A DNA stretch of 32,000 nt. It comes from an archaeon (lineage in GTDB: Archaea; Asgardarchaeota; Thorarchaeia; Thorarchaeales; Thorarchaeaceae). The stretch spans positions 32,886 to 64,885 of the forward strand of contig JAJRZD010000035.1 in NCBI GenBank assembly GCA_024275415.1, written 5' to 3'. Within the stretch, counting starts at the first letter, position 1. Each line of letters begins with the position of its first letter. Of the stretch, positions 1 through 7,894 are shown piece after piece. Under the pieces are notes generated by a model that did not search any database, was not told where the DNA came from, and saw only the letters and a program-made list of their open reading frames with translations. Position numbers and translations under genes: made by a program.

Positions 1-2
1 GT

Positions 3-491
3 GATATCACGCGCATCGCTTTCACCCTGAGTCTGGAGCCTAAACACATGTTGCGGGCTGTCGATTTCTATGTCCAGTCGGATAGCATACCTCTTCCCGA
101 TGGGCTGAGGGATGTTGCCCGTCCCCTTACCGAACAAGGACTTACGATAATCGCTCTTAAAAAGGCACCTTCTGGACAATGCATCTTCCTAGACAATAAT
201 CTTTGTATGATACATCCTGCACGTCCTGGTGTCTGTAGGGCTTTTCCTTTCACATTTAATGAATTAGAGGATGATATTACTTGGGGATTTAATGCGATGA
301 TGTCAATATGTCCTGGGCTCGGACAGGGCGATGAGATGAATCCATCAGACCTTCATATCACAGCGCAGGAGGTCTTAGAGGACATTGCGATTTACCGACA
401 GTTTGTGATGGAATGGAATAACACGTTCTCCTCTCATACTGCACTATCACTTTTAGAAAGGATTCTATCGGATCCGCGGTTTTCAGTATGA
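3..491 (+). CDS. YkgJ family cysteine-cluster (Zn/Fe-chelating) protein, 5' end outside the window
   Basis: The frame is open from position 3 (DITRIAF..., matching the YkgJ 'DI.RI' segment) through the ORF-track ATG at 48. It carries the motifs CIFLDNNLCMIHPARPGVCRAFPF and CPGLG. Confidence 0.85.
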   Translation, partial: DITRIAFTLSLEPKHMLRAVDFYVQSDSIPLPDGLRDVARPLTEQGLTIIALKKAPSGQCIFLDNNLCMIHPARPGVCRAFPFTFNELEDDITWGFNAMMSICPGLGQGDEMNPSDLHITAQEVLEDIAIYRQFVMEWNNTFSSHTALSLLERILSDPRFSV

Positions 492-504
492 AAACTCGCT
501 GTCA

Positions 505-1491
505 TCACAGACGACTCAGTATTTGGAGGATGTTCCCAAAATTATGTTCGATTGCTCTTGATTTCTCTGCATATGACTTGAGATATCTTAATCTTTCATC
601 GACTTGAGCCTTTTCAAGAAAATCTTTTGATCTGATCATCTCGTGAATCTTCTCGTTAAGTTTCAAAATCTCTGTCGAGGATTCGAGTACATGCTTCAGC
701 ATCCGTATGAGGAGATGAAAGTCATTGATGTCCCTCAGCTGTAGGGTCTGGCTGTAAAATTGGAACTCAAGTCTGGCAAGCTTTTCTCTCATTTTCACCA
801 AGTCAATCAACCACTTATCCTCATCTGAAGCCTCCAACTGGTGATGCAATTTTCTCCATTTCTGTTGCTGATCGAGAAGCTGGACGAGATATTCGCGAAG
901 AAAGGAGAAATGATCCACGCCCTTGTCAACATCTTCTTCCGTGCCAATTGATGTCATCAACTCGTCCATCTGACTTAGTTTGACTGCTATCATCAATGAG
1001 AACTTGTCTACATACCTTTTGACTTCGTCTGTCTTTTCCTTCCTTGTCATGAGGTCTGCAAAGGTATCTGCCAGAGTCAGGATGAACTTGTAAAGGCATT
1101 CGCTGCATATTTCAGCACTCTCATCGCTCTTGGTAGATAGAAACTGTAATGCGTCCTCTAGATCGTTGCCTGGCACATCTTTTCCATGTATTTTCAAAGT
1201 CCAGCCTTGTGAGATACAATAGACCTTGTTGTCGGGATAATTGATGTAAATTGATGCATAGCAGACATTCTCATCCTGAGCAAGTTCCTGCGCTATGCTC
1301 TCCTTATCCTTGTGTATGGCAAAAATGGATGGATCTATCTCCATGACTTCGACTTCAAGGATGTCATCGTTGTTCACACAGAGTCTTTCATCTCCAAATA
1401 CTTTGAAACACGGACATCCCTTTACAACGCGTATCGCACTCTGTTCCAATTCACTGCCGCGTCCGAGAACATCCATTCTGTAGTACACCAT
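505..1491 (-). CDS. Hypothetical protein with 7-Cys N-terminal domain and helical/coiled-coil C-terminus (paralog 1)
   Basis: 328-aa ORF. Cys pattern CPC-x9-C...C-x14-C...CxxC is shared with the adjacent ORF. An AGAGG SD-like sequence lies upstream. Confidence 0.85.
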   Translation of the reverse strand: MVYYRMDVLGRGSELEQSAIRVVKGCPCFKVFGDERLCVNNDDILEVEVMEIDPSIFAIHKDKESIAQELAQDENVCYASIYINYPDNKVYCISQGWTLKIHGKDVPGNDLEDALQFLSTKSDESAEICSECLYKFILTLADTFADLMTRKEKTDEVKRYVDKFSLMIAVKLSQMDELMTSIGTEEDVDKGVDHFSFLREYLVQLLDQQQKWRKLHHQLEASDEDKWLIDLVKMREKLARLEFQFYSQTLQLRDINDFHLLIRMLKHVLESSTEILKLNEKIHEMIRSKDFLEKAQVDERLRYLKSYAEKSRAIEHNFGNILQILSRL

Positions 1492-1558
1492 CTTTAGAGT
1501 TTCAATATCCTCTATGATAAATCAGTACTCCATGCCCAACTCTTTGTTATAGGGCTTT

Positions 1559-2512
1559 TCATTCTGCCCTCACTTCGATTTTTGATAGGAGTGGCATCAG
1601 TTTTCGAAAGGACTTCTCCGACTTTTGCCGCTGCTGTTCTGTTTTTACCAGAACAGACTCTTCGGATTGCGTGAGAGAGCATGCATCCGTTACATAGAGT
1701 TTGAGGTCTCTCAACTCATCATGGAGTGATAGGATTTTCCGTGTTGTCCCTATCATCAATCGGAGGTGGATTAGAGAGGAACCTTCGTTCTCCCTACGAT
1801 TGAGGGCATGAACCTGATGCATGAACACAATCTCTAGCTTCTGGAGGTTCTGGTATGTATGCAGAAGGTTATGTATCTCCTCATCTTGTCGGTTCGATAA
1901 GATATTGATCTCCTCGTAACGTCTTGCTGTATTATCACGGGTCGGAAGGCTGAACTCATGGATGCCATTCACTCTTGTTGTTCTCTCCGTTTCAGCACCT
2001 TGGTTGAGATCAGACGCTATGCGATTGACAAGATTTCGTGCATAGACATCAATCACCATCTCCTTCTCCTCGTCACTGACCAAATCACCAAAGACATCCG
2101 TCAGAGTAAGTAGGTACTTGTAGAGACACGAAGAACAAACAACGTCGTCACTACCCATCCCGGACAGCACCACATAGTCCAACGCGTTCCTGATGTCCTC
2201 TGCCTTGATATCATTTTGATTCAATGTGATAGATTGTCCCTGACTAATACAGTGTGCATTGCCATCTCGAGGATCCAGATTCAGTAACCCGTAACAAAGG
2301 GTTTCTTTTGTACTCTCGAATTCCCTCAAATCCTCAACAGAAGACAACTGTGCAAAGAACTGAGGGTCTAGTGTGATGGGTTTGATGGGTGTAATCTCAT
2401 CATTGTTGATGCAGATACGTTCATCGCCGTACTCCTTCAAGCAAGGACATCCCCTTACTATCTGGATGCGATTATCATGTCTGCCTCCAATGATTGGTCC
2501 ATCCGACAGCAT
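1559..2512 (-). CDS. Hypothetical protein with 7-Cys N-terminal domain and helical/coiled-coil C-terminus (paralog 2)
   Basis: The ORF track starts at GTG 2593. ATG 2512 (MLSDG...) gives an N-terminus of similar length to paralog 1. Same Cys spacing as 505..1491. Confidence 0.85.
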   Translation of the reverse strand: MLSDGPIIGGRHDNRIQIVRGCPCLKEYGDERICINNDEITPIKPITLDPQFFAQLSSVEDLREFESTKETLCYGLLNLDPRDGNAHCISQGQSITLNQNDIKAEDIRNALDYVVLSGMGSDDVVCSSCLYKYLLTLTDVFGDLVSDEEKEMVIDVYARNLVNRIASDLNQGAETERTTRVNGIHEFSLPTRDNTARRYEEINILSNRQDEEIHNLLHTYQNLQKLEIVFMHQVHALNRRENEGSSLIHLRLMIGTTRKILSLHDELRDLKLYVTDACSLTQSEESVLVKTEQQRQKSEKSFRKLMPLLSKIEVRAE

Positions 2513-2622
2513 CCCTATGACCTTGTGTTCTTCATTGTGCCTTCTAACCCTAGATTGCGTGCTGGCACAAAGGGCAATCCGATTGAATTCCACATTAAGG
2601 TATCTTGGACGAACACTTCAGG

Positions 2623-2646
2623 GGAGCCACCTTTGAGGGTAGCTCC
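2623..2646 (-). terminator. Stem-loop directly after the RHH stop codon (terminator or processing site candidate)
   Basis: Minus strand GGAGCTACC-CTCAAA-GGTGGCTCC forms a 9-bp stem with one G-U pair. No U-tract follows. Confidence 0.35.
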
Positions 2647-2786
2647 TATCCCCAAAGCTCCCGCTTTAGCAGGTCTCGTATCGCAATCCTGATCGCTTCG
2701 GATCGGTTCGGGTACAAATTGCTTTCAACAAGCTTCTCAAGACCGTCAATATACGTTTCTGGGACATGAAGAGTCACGAGCTTCAT
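2646..2786 (-). CDS. Ribbon-helix-helix transcription factor, CdrS/aCcr1-like
   Basis: 46 aa MKLVTLHVPETYIDGLEKLVESNLYPNRSEAIRIAIRDLLKRELWG has the 'YPNRSEAIR.AIRDLL' signature. SD-like GGAGATGA precedes ATG 2786; the ORF-track start at 2855 is probably too long. Confidence 0.85.
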   Translation of the reverse strand: MKLVTLHVPETYIDGLEKLVESNLYPNRSEAIRIAIRDLLKRELWG

Positions 2787-3157
2787 CAAATCATCTCCAA
2801 CATATCTCTCTCGACTGATGAGCAATATCTCATCATCCAACGTGGTATGCACCACACGGGTATGTGCATCTTACTGCGATATGACTGTGTGTATTACTCA
2901 CTCGGCATTTGGAGTATGACGTTGTTTAGAACGAGATGGTGGTGAGAAGGAGCCAATAGCTCCTACTCTTCTGCGAATGGAACCCACGTTCGCCGGGAGA
3001 GAAGAAGTGCGCTCCAACTCCATGCAAGACACATTACCATAAGTCACCTTGTGTATGTAGCCTAATACTCTCCCATTATTCACATACAACCCGGATAACA
3101 TTCTCGTTTTGACAAAAGGTTCATATGCTTACAAATTGATTCTCTCTTAGATTTCGT

Positions 3158-3916
3158 ATGAGTGGCGAGACTCAAATGCAAGATAGCACAGATACCGAGC
3201 GTACCTTTGCGACCTGTATTTTTTGCGGGGAACTTCTTGAAAACAGGGATGTTGTCAAGTATCGCAGTTGGTATGCACATAAAGCGTGCACTACTCGAGC
3301 TATGGAGAAACAGGTGGAAGACTTTGACAAGAAGCCCTTTTACGCAGGAAGCACCAGTCTGTTCTTCGGGGTAATCACCGCCGGCTTATTCTTCCAACTA
3401 TTTCCGTTCCTCGGCAGCCTTGAAGACCCTTCTGCTCTGATAGCCATCAATGCGCTCATGGCAGTGACGTTGTTCCTACAGAGCTTTGGCTTTTTCGGGT
3501 TTACTATGAGCTTCAAAGATCCTTATGGCATTGGAAGTGGCATCATCGCTTTGTTGGCTGCGGCTTTCTTCGTGCTTGCCGGATCAAATCTGCAGGTACA
3601 CGGGTATAATCCAGCGTATTATGACCCTGAAACTGGTTTTCTTATCCTCTCCATGGTGCCGGGATATTCTTTATCCTACGCGCTTGCGATGTCACTTACT
3701 GTCCTTGTCATGTTTGCTGGGGCTGTATTGATGATGCTCTATGGGGACTACATCGGGACACAGTCCATGAATCGTATAGGCGTAGTTTTCCTCTTCGTGG
3801 GTGCGGTGATCACGGTTCTTGTACCTGGCGGTATCCTCATTGAGGCGATTTCTATTACCGCACTGTTCCTGTTAGTCGATATTCCTAAAGACTGGCAATC
3901 CATGACGGACGTCTAA
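3158..3916 (+). CDS. Multi-pass membrane protein with N-terminal C-x2-C-x17-H-x2-C zinc finger
   Basis: CIFC...HKAC at aa 20-44, followed by about 6 hydrophobic segments. Confidence 0.75.
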   Translation: MSGETQMQDSTDTERTFATCIFCGELLENRDVVKYRSWYAHKACTTRAMEKQVEDFDKKPFYAGSTSLFFGVITAGLFFQLFPFLGSLEDPSALIAINALMAVTLFLQSFGFFGFTMSFKDPYGIGSGIIALLAAAFFVLAGSNLQVHGYNPAYYDPETGFLILSMVPGYSLSYALAMSLTVLVMFAGAVLMMLYGDYIGTQSMNRIGVVFLFVGAVITVLVPGGILIEAISITALFLLVDIPKDWQSMTDV

Positions 3917-3928
3917 CATACTGATGGT

Positions 3929-3967
3929 GTTGTTTTCCCTGATTGGTGGAAACAACCTTCTTTTTCT
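3929..3967 (+). terminator. Hairpin plus T-tract, putative terminator
   Basis: GTTGTTTTCC...GGAAACAAC stem with one bulge, followed by CTTCTTTTTCT, just after the 3916 stop. Confidence 0.5.
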
Positions 3968-4067
3968 CTTGTGGTTCATATTCTCCATGTTTTTCTTCTT
4001 CCAGCAAAGAATTTATGTTAGCATCGTCATTAGTCGAGCTATTGGAAAAACATTAGAGGTTTAATAA

Positions 4068-4841
4068 ATGGCATCAGATGTTGAGTCCTCTGGTAAAGCC
4101 GAGGATACGCCAAAGGTAGCTCAGGAGCTACAGACCCTGAAATGGATCAGGGAACGGCGTTCTATCCGAGAATTTACCGGAGAGAAGATACCCGATGAGC
4201 ATATCGAAACAATACTTGAGGCTGCTCGGCATGCTCCAAGCCCTGAGAATATGCTCATGATTAGATTCATCGTTATCCGCGATGATCAGGAAACCAAGGA
4301 GTTCCTCGCAGACATCGCGCAGGAGATGGCTCAGACCGCTTTTGGAGGTGCTCCTTTCGAACTCACGAGCGGACGGAACTGGTTCATCTCTGACCCATAC
4401 CGTGCTGCTGTCTATGCACGACTACGGGATGGTGAGCTTTTCCGATATCCTGAGAAAAGCGACACGGTCATCATCGTTTGTGCAAGCGACTCTTGGCATG
4501 ATGCGGGATACATGTATCCCAATGAGCTCTTTGGCTCTGTTGTTGCCGGGATGGCTGTACAAAACATGTGGCTCACAGCAACAGAACTTGGCTATGGTTG
4601 TGGTTACGAGGCTCTCGTCTGTTCAGACCCACGACATGCCGAGCTGATACGTGACAGGCTTGGGATACCCCCAATCTGGCTTCCGCTCACAGCCTTCTGC
4701 ATTGGTCAGAGAGTTTCACCAAGGGCACTTGGGCCTAGCAGAGCACCACTGGAAGGCCTGATGTATGAGGAGCGCTGGGGCAAGCCATACACGCGATTAG
4801 CTTTCAGGGAGGATGAGTTAAGCGATGGAATTGACATTTGA
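4068..4841 (+). CDS. Nitroreductase family (FMN-binding) protein
   Basis: Motifs IRERRSIREF, ILEAARHAPSPEN and GMAVQNMWLTATELGYG. Confidence 0.9.
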   Translation: MASDVESSGKAEDTPKVAQELQTLKWIRERRSIREFTGEKIPDEHIETILEAARHAPSPENMLMIRFIVIRDDQETKEFLADIAQEMAQTAFGGAPFELTSGRNWFISDPYRAAVYARLRDGELFRYPEKSDTVIIVCASDSWHDAGYMYPNELFGSVVAGMAVQNMWLTATELGYGCGYEALVCSDPRHAELIRDRLGIPPIWLPLTAFCIGQRVSPRALGPSRAPLEGLMYEERWGKPYTRLAFREDELSDGIDI

Positions 4842-5079
4842 CGACAAGACCTTGGAGAATCTCAAAGAGATTGCCACTGAGGCTGGATTGACGGTCGAAG
4901 GGCTCATCATGTGCGTGATGGAGCAGTTCGTCAACAACAAGGGCGGACGTGTCTACACTGGTCGTTGGTCTGGAGGCGAAGAGGATGGAGTCAAGGGATT
5001 CCGATACTGTGTGCAATGGCCGTTCAGACCGGGCTTCAAAGAAGCACGAGGCGGCGAAGTTAAGAGGTGGAGTAAATAA
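4825..5079 (+). CDS. Small hypothetical protein with N-terminal RHH-like segment
   Basis: 84 aa. Strand-helix-G-helix pattern MELTFDDKTLENLKEIATEAGLTVEGLIMCVMEQF. Overlaps both neighbouring genes. Confidence 0.65.
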   Translation: MELTFDDKTLENLKEIATEAGLTVEGLIMCVMEQFVNNKGGRVYTGRWSGGEEDGVKGFRYCVQWPFRPGFKEARGGEVKRWSK

Positions 5080-5360
5080 TGGCAAAATACAGAAAACATC
5101 CAACTGGAGAATGGCCGTTCTATCCATTCCTCAAGGATGGCGACATCGAACACGAGTATTGGAACACCAAGAAGATGATACATCAGTCCTTTATCAACGA
5201 CAGAAAAGGACGTATCGTCGTCTTGATGGACAATGAAAAGTATGAGGAGTTCCTCAAGAAGATCAAGGAACGCAAAGGCAACTTCTGGGCCACAACGGTG
5301 GATGCAGTTATGCACGAAGCCATTGAGGACTGGATGAACAAAGAGGAGGAGGCTCAATAG
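5079..5360 (+). CDS. Small hypothetical protein with C-terminal RHH-like segment
   Basis: 93 aa. RIVVLMDNEKYEEFLKKIKERKG...VDAVMHEAIEDWM pattern. TAATG coupling with the upstream gene. Confidence 0.7.
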   Translation: MAKYRKHPTGEWPFYPFLKDGDIEHEYWNTKKMIHQSFINDRKGRIVVLMDNEKYEEFLKKIKERKGNFWATTVDAVMHEAIEDWMNKEEEAQ

Positions 5361-5361
5361 T

Positions 5362-5721
5362 ATGTCACAGCTTCAAGAGTTCTTCAAGTTCTTCCTCCAT
5401 CAGGTCAACACCAAAGACGACCTGAAGAAGCATCTGGTGGAATGGATTGGTCACTATAACGGCAAGATTCTTCAGGTCATCACCGAAGAGGGGCCGCAGT
5501 ACATCGTGGTGAAGAAAACAGGTATGAGCCTGCATGACGGGATGTACCCGAGTCCGGATGTGATTTATAAAGCACGATCCGATGTACTGCTGGGCATCTT
5601 CACTGGTGAGGTTCCGTTCAAGAAGACAATGAAAGATGGGAGTCTTGAGGTGATTGGGAACGCTCACGAGAGTGACCCGCTGGCGAACCTGATCCTCGTA
5701 GCCATGACCGGCGCTCTCTAG
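5362..5721 (+). CDS. SCP2 sterol/lipid-binding domain protein
   Basis: C-terminal 'DVLLGIFTGEVPFKKTMKDGSLEVIGN' is typical of SCP2 folds. The gene lies in a lipid-metabolism context. Confidence 0.75.
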   Translation: MSQLQEFFKFFLHQVNTKDDLKKHLVEWIGHYNGKILQVITEEGPQYIVVKKTGMSLHDGMYPSPDVIYKARSDVLLGIFTGEVPFKKTMKDGSLEVIGNAHESDPLANLILVAMTGAL

Positions 5722-5732
5722 GAGGGTGTTCG

Positions 5733-6857
5733 ATGGATGTACACAAGATTGCGATAATCGGCGCAGGTCTCATGGGTTCAGGGATTGCTTATGTTTCAGC
5801 CGGAAACGGGTTTCACGTGACATTAGTCGATGTGAACGAGCAGGCCCTTGAGGTGGGGATGGATCGCATCCGCAACGATGTCATGACCGGCGTTGACAAG
5901 AACAAGCTGAGCCTAAGCGAGGCGCAGGCACTTATGGGCAATCTGGCATCGACTACGAACATCGCTAACGCTGTGAAAGAAGCGGATCTTGTCATTTAAG
6001 CAATCTTTGAGAACATGGAGGTGAAGAAGAAAGTATTCGCGGAATGTGACGCAAACGCGCCTTCCCACGCGATACTTGCAACGAACACATCTTCATTGAG
6101 CATCGACGAGCTGGCAAGTGCCACAAACAGGCCTGACAAGTTCATTGGCATGCACTACTTTTCGCCTGTGGCTGCGATGAAGCTTATTGAGATAGTCATT
6201 GGCGAGAAGACCAGTGAGGAAACGATACAAACCGCGATTGCAGTTGGTGAGAAGCAGGGCAAGGTTCCGGTGAAGGCCAAGAACAGCCCTGGTTTCATCG
6301 TGAACAGGATATTGATGCCTGTCCTCCGTGAGGCAATTCTTCTCTATGAGCAAGGTGTTGCCACCAAGGAGGAGATTGATACGGCGATGACCGCTCACGC
6401 GAAATTCCCAGCTGGCCCGTTCACACTCGGTGACTTTGTTGGGCTCGATATAGCCTTTAACGCGATGAGTACTCTCTACAGGGAGCTCGGGGACTGTTTC
6501 AAGCCTCCAGATTCGCTAAAGGCATTAGTTGAGTCAGGAGCCATCGGCACCAAGTCGAAGAAAGGCTTCTACAAGTACGGTGGGGAGCAGGATGAGCCTG
6601 AGCCTCCGAAGGGTGTTGACCCACACTGGCTTGTGGACAGAATCACTATACCCGTCATCCGTGAGGCGATGATCCTTGTCGATGAAGGGATCGCTGAGAA
6701 GGATGCCATCGATATGGCAATGAAGCTTGGTGCAAGTTTCCCAGCAGGTCCCTTCGAGATGGCGGAGAAGTACGGGCTTGACAAAGTGAAGGCAGAGATC
6801 CAGAAACTCTACGAGGAGCATGGGGAATGCTACTCCGTTCCAAAGATGCTTGGCTAA
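5733..6857 (+). pseudogene. 3-hydroxyacyl-CoA dehydrogenase with one in-frame TAA at 5997-5999 (pseudogene or sequence error); duplicated C-terminal domain
   Basis: ORFs 5733..5999 and 6015..6857 are in the same frame. The sequence reads ADLVI*AIFENMEVKK where the family has ADLVIEA. Motifs GAGLMGSG, TNTSSL, GMHYFSP, PGFIVNR are present, with two 'P.GPF' C-terminal domains. Confidence 0.85.
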
Positions 6858-6866
6858 TCTAGTTTA

Positions 6867-6904
6867 AGAGGCAAGGAGATGTCCTTGTCCTCTCCTCTTT
6901 TTCT
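6867..6904 (+). terminator. Hairpin plus T-tract terminator
   Basis: AGAGGCAAGGA-GATG-TCCTTGTCCTCT (one bulge), then CCTCTTTTTCT, 10 nt after the stop. Confidence 0.55.
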
Positions 6905-7017
6905 ATTCACTATTCATGTACTAACGTTTCTCCAACTACAATTTTGACCTATTCTGTGACTAACTCTTACCTTTTTGAAACGGCGAATTTCAATTCGGCA
7001 ATCGTAAAGGACTGGTA

Positions 7018-7025
7018 TTTATTAA
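7018..7025 (+). promoter_or_regulatory. Putative TATA box of the enoyl-CoA hydratase gene
   Basis: TTTATTAA about 45 nt upstream of ATG 7071. Confidence 0.35.
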
Positions 7026-7070
7026 GGGAATGCTCTCTTTTCTTTGATACAACCATTCTTGGTGGTAACA

Positions 7071-7883
7071 ATGGCCGAATACGAAACGATGCTATACTCG
7101 AAGGAAGGTTCGTTCCTTTCTCCGGTGAAGAATGTGGCTGTAATCAAGTTCAACCGCGTGGATGCACTGAACAGCATCAATGACCAATTCATAAAAGACC
7201 TGAGTGATGCACTGGACGAAGCAGAGAAGGATCCCGACGTTCGTTCGATTGTCCTTGCTTCTGCCCACGATAAGGTCTACTGTACCGGTGCTGACCTCAA
7301 GATGGCACAGGGCTATCTTGGAAAAGGGGATGAGGTCAAACCCTTGCTAGAACAAGGACAGGCCGTAATCAATAAGATTGCCAAGCATCCAAAGCCCGTC
7401 ATCGCAGCAATCAACGGACTATGTCTTGGCGGAGGGACTGAGATTACTCTTGCATGTGACATCCGGATATGTGAAACGGAGGCAAAAATTGGCACACCTG
7501 AAGTAAGTCTTGGTCTTATCCCTGCATGGGGAGGATGTGTGCGTCTGCCTCGAATCATCGGTCTTGGAAAAGCAATGGAGCTTATTCTCACCGGCGGACA
7601 GGTGACAGCCGAAGAAGCGCTGCAAATGGGTCTTGTCAGCAAGGTAGTGCCCAAGGATGAACTGTTGAGTCAAGCCATGTGGTACGGTGCAAAACTGGGT
7701 GGTAATGCACCTCTCGCACTAAAACTAGCAAAGGCCGCAACCCATCTCGCATTCGATGACGATTACGATGATAACCACGAATTCCAAGTGAAAGCTGGAG
7801 TCGAGCTGTTTGGCTCAAAGGATTTAGCTGAAGGCATCTCCGCTGTCTTTGAAAAGCGACGTGGCAAGTTCACTGGAGAGTAA
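7071..7883 (+). CDS. Enoyl-CoA hydratase/isomerase (crotonase) family
   Basis: Motifs CTGADL, KPVIAAING.CLGGG.E, PEVSLGLIPAWGG. ATG 7071 follows a GGTGGT SD; the ORF track starts at TTG 7044. Confidence 0.92.
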   Translation: MAEYETMLYSKEGSFLSPVKNVAVIKFNRVDALNSINDQFIKDLSDALDEAEKDPDVRSIVLASAHDKVYCTGADLKMAQGYLGKGDEVKPLLEQGQAVINKIAKHPKPVIAAINGLCLGGGTEITLACDIRICETEAKIGTPEVSLGLIPAWGGCVRLPRIIGLGKAMELILTGGQVTAEEALQMGLVSKVVPKDELLSQAMWYGAKLGGNAPLALKLAKAATHLAFDDDYDDNHEFQVKAGVELFGSKDLAEGISAVFEKRRGKFTGE

Positions 7884-7894
7884 ACGTCCTGCAT

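Noticed and set aside
505-2593. Possibility that the paralogs are CdvA or FtsZ-family proteins
   Set aside because: No tubulin/FtsZ GGGTG(S/T)G motif, and the Cys-rich N-terminus does not resemble the CdvA PRC-barrel.
2787-2855. N-terminal extension of the RHH ORF (69-aa version)
   Set aside because: The SD sits before ATG 2786, the RHH fold starts at MKLVTL, and the extension overlaps hairpins.
2898-3101. 67-aa minus-strand ORF in the RHH upstream region
   Set aside because: No recognisable motif, low-complexity S/R/P composition, and overlap with candidate regulatory elements.
5997-5999. Selenocysteine or pyrrolysine recoding of the internal stop
   Set aside because: The codon is TAA, not TGA or TAG, and the homologous residue is Glu.
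6015-6857. Independent 280-aa dehydrogenase gene
   Set aside because: It begins mid NAD-binding domain, in frame with 5733..5999, so it is the second part of one gene.
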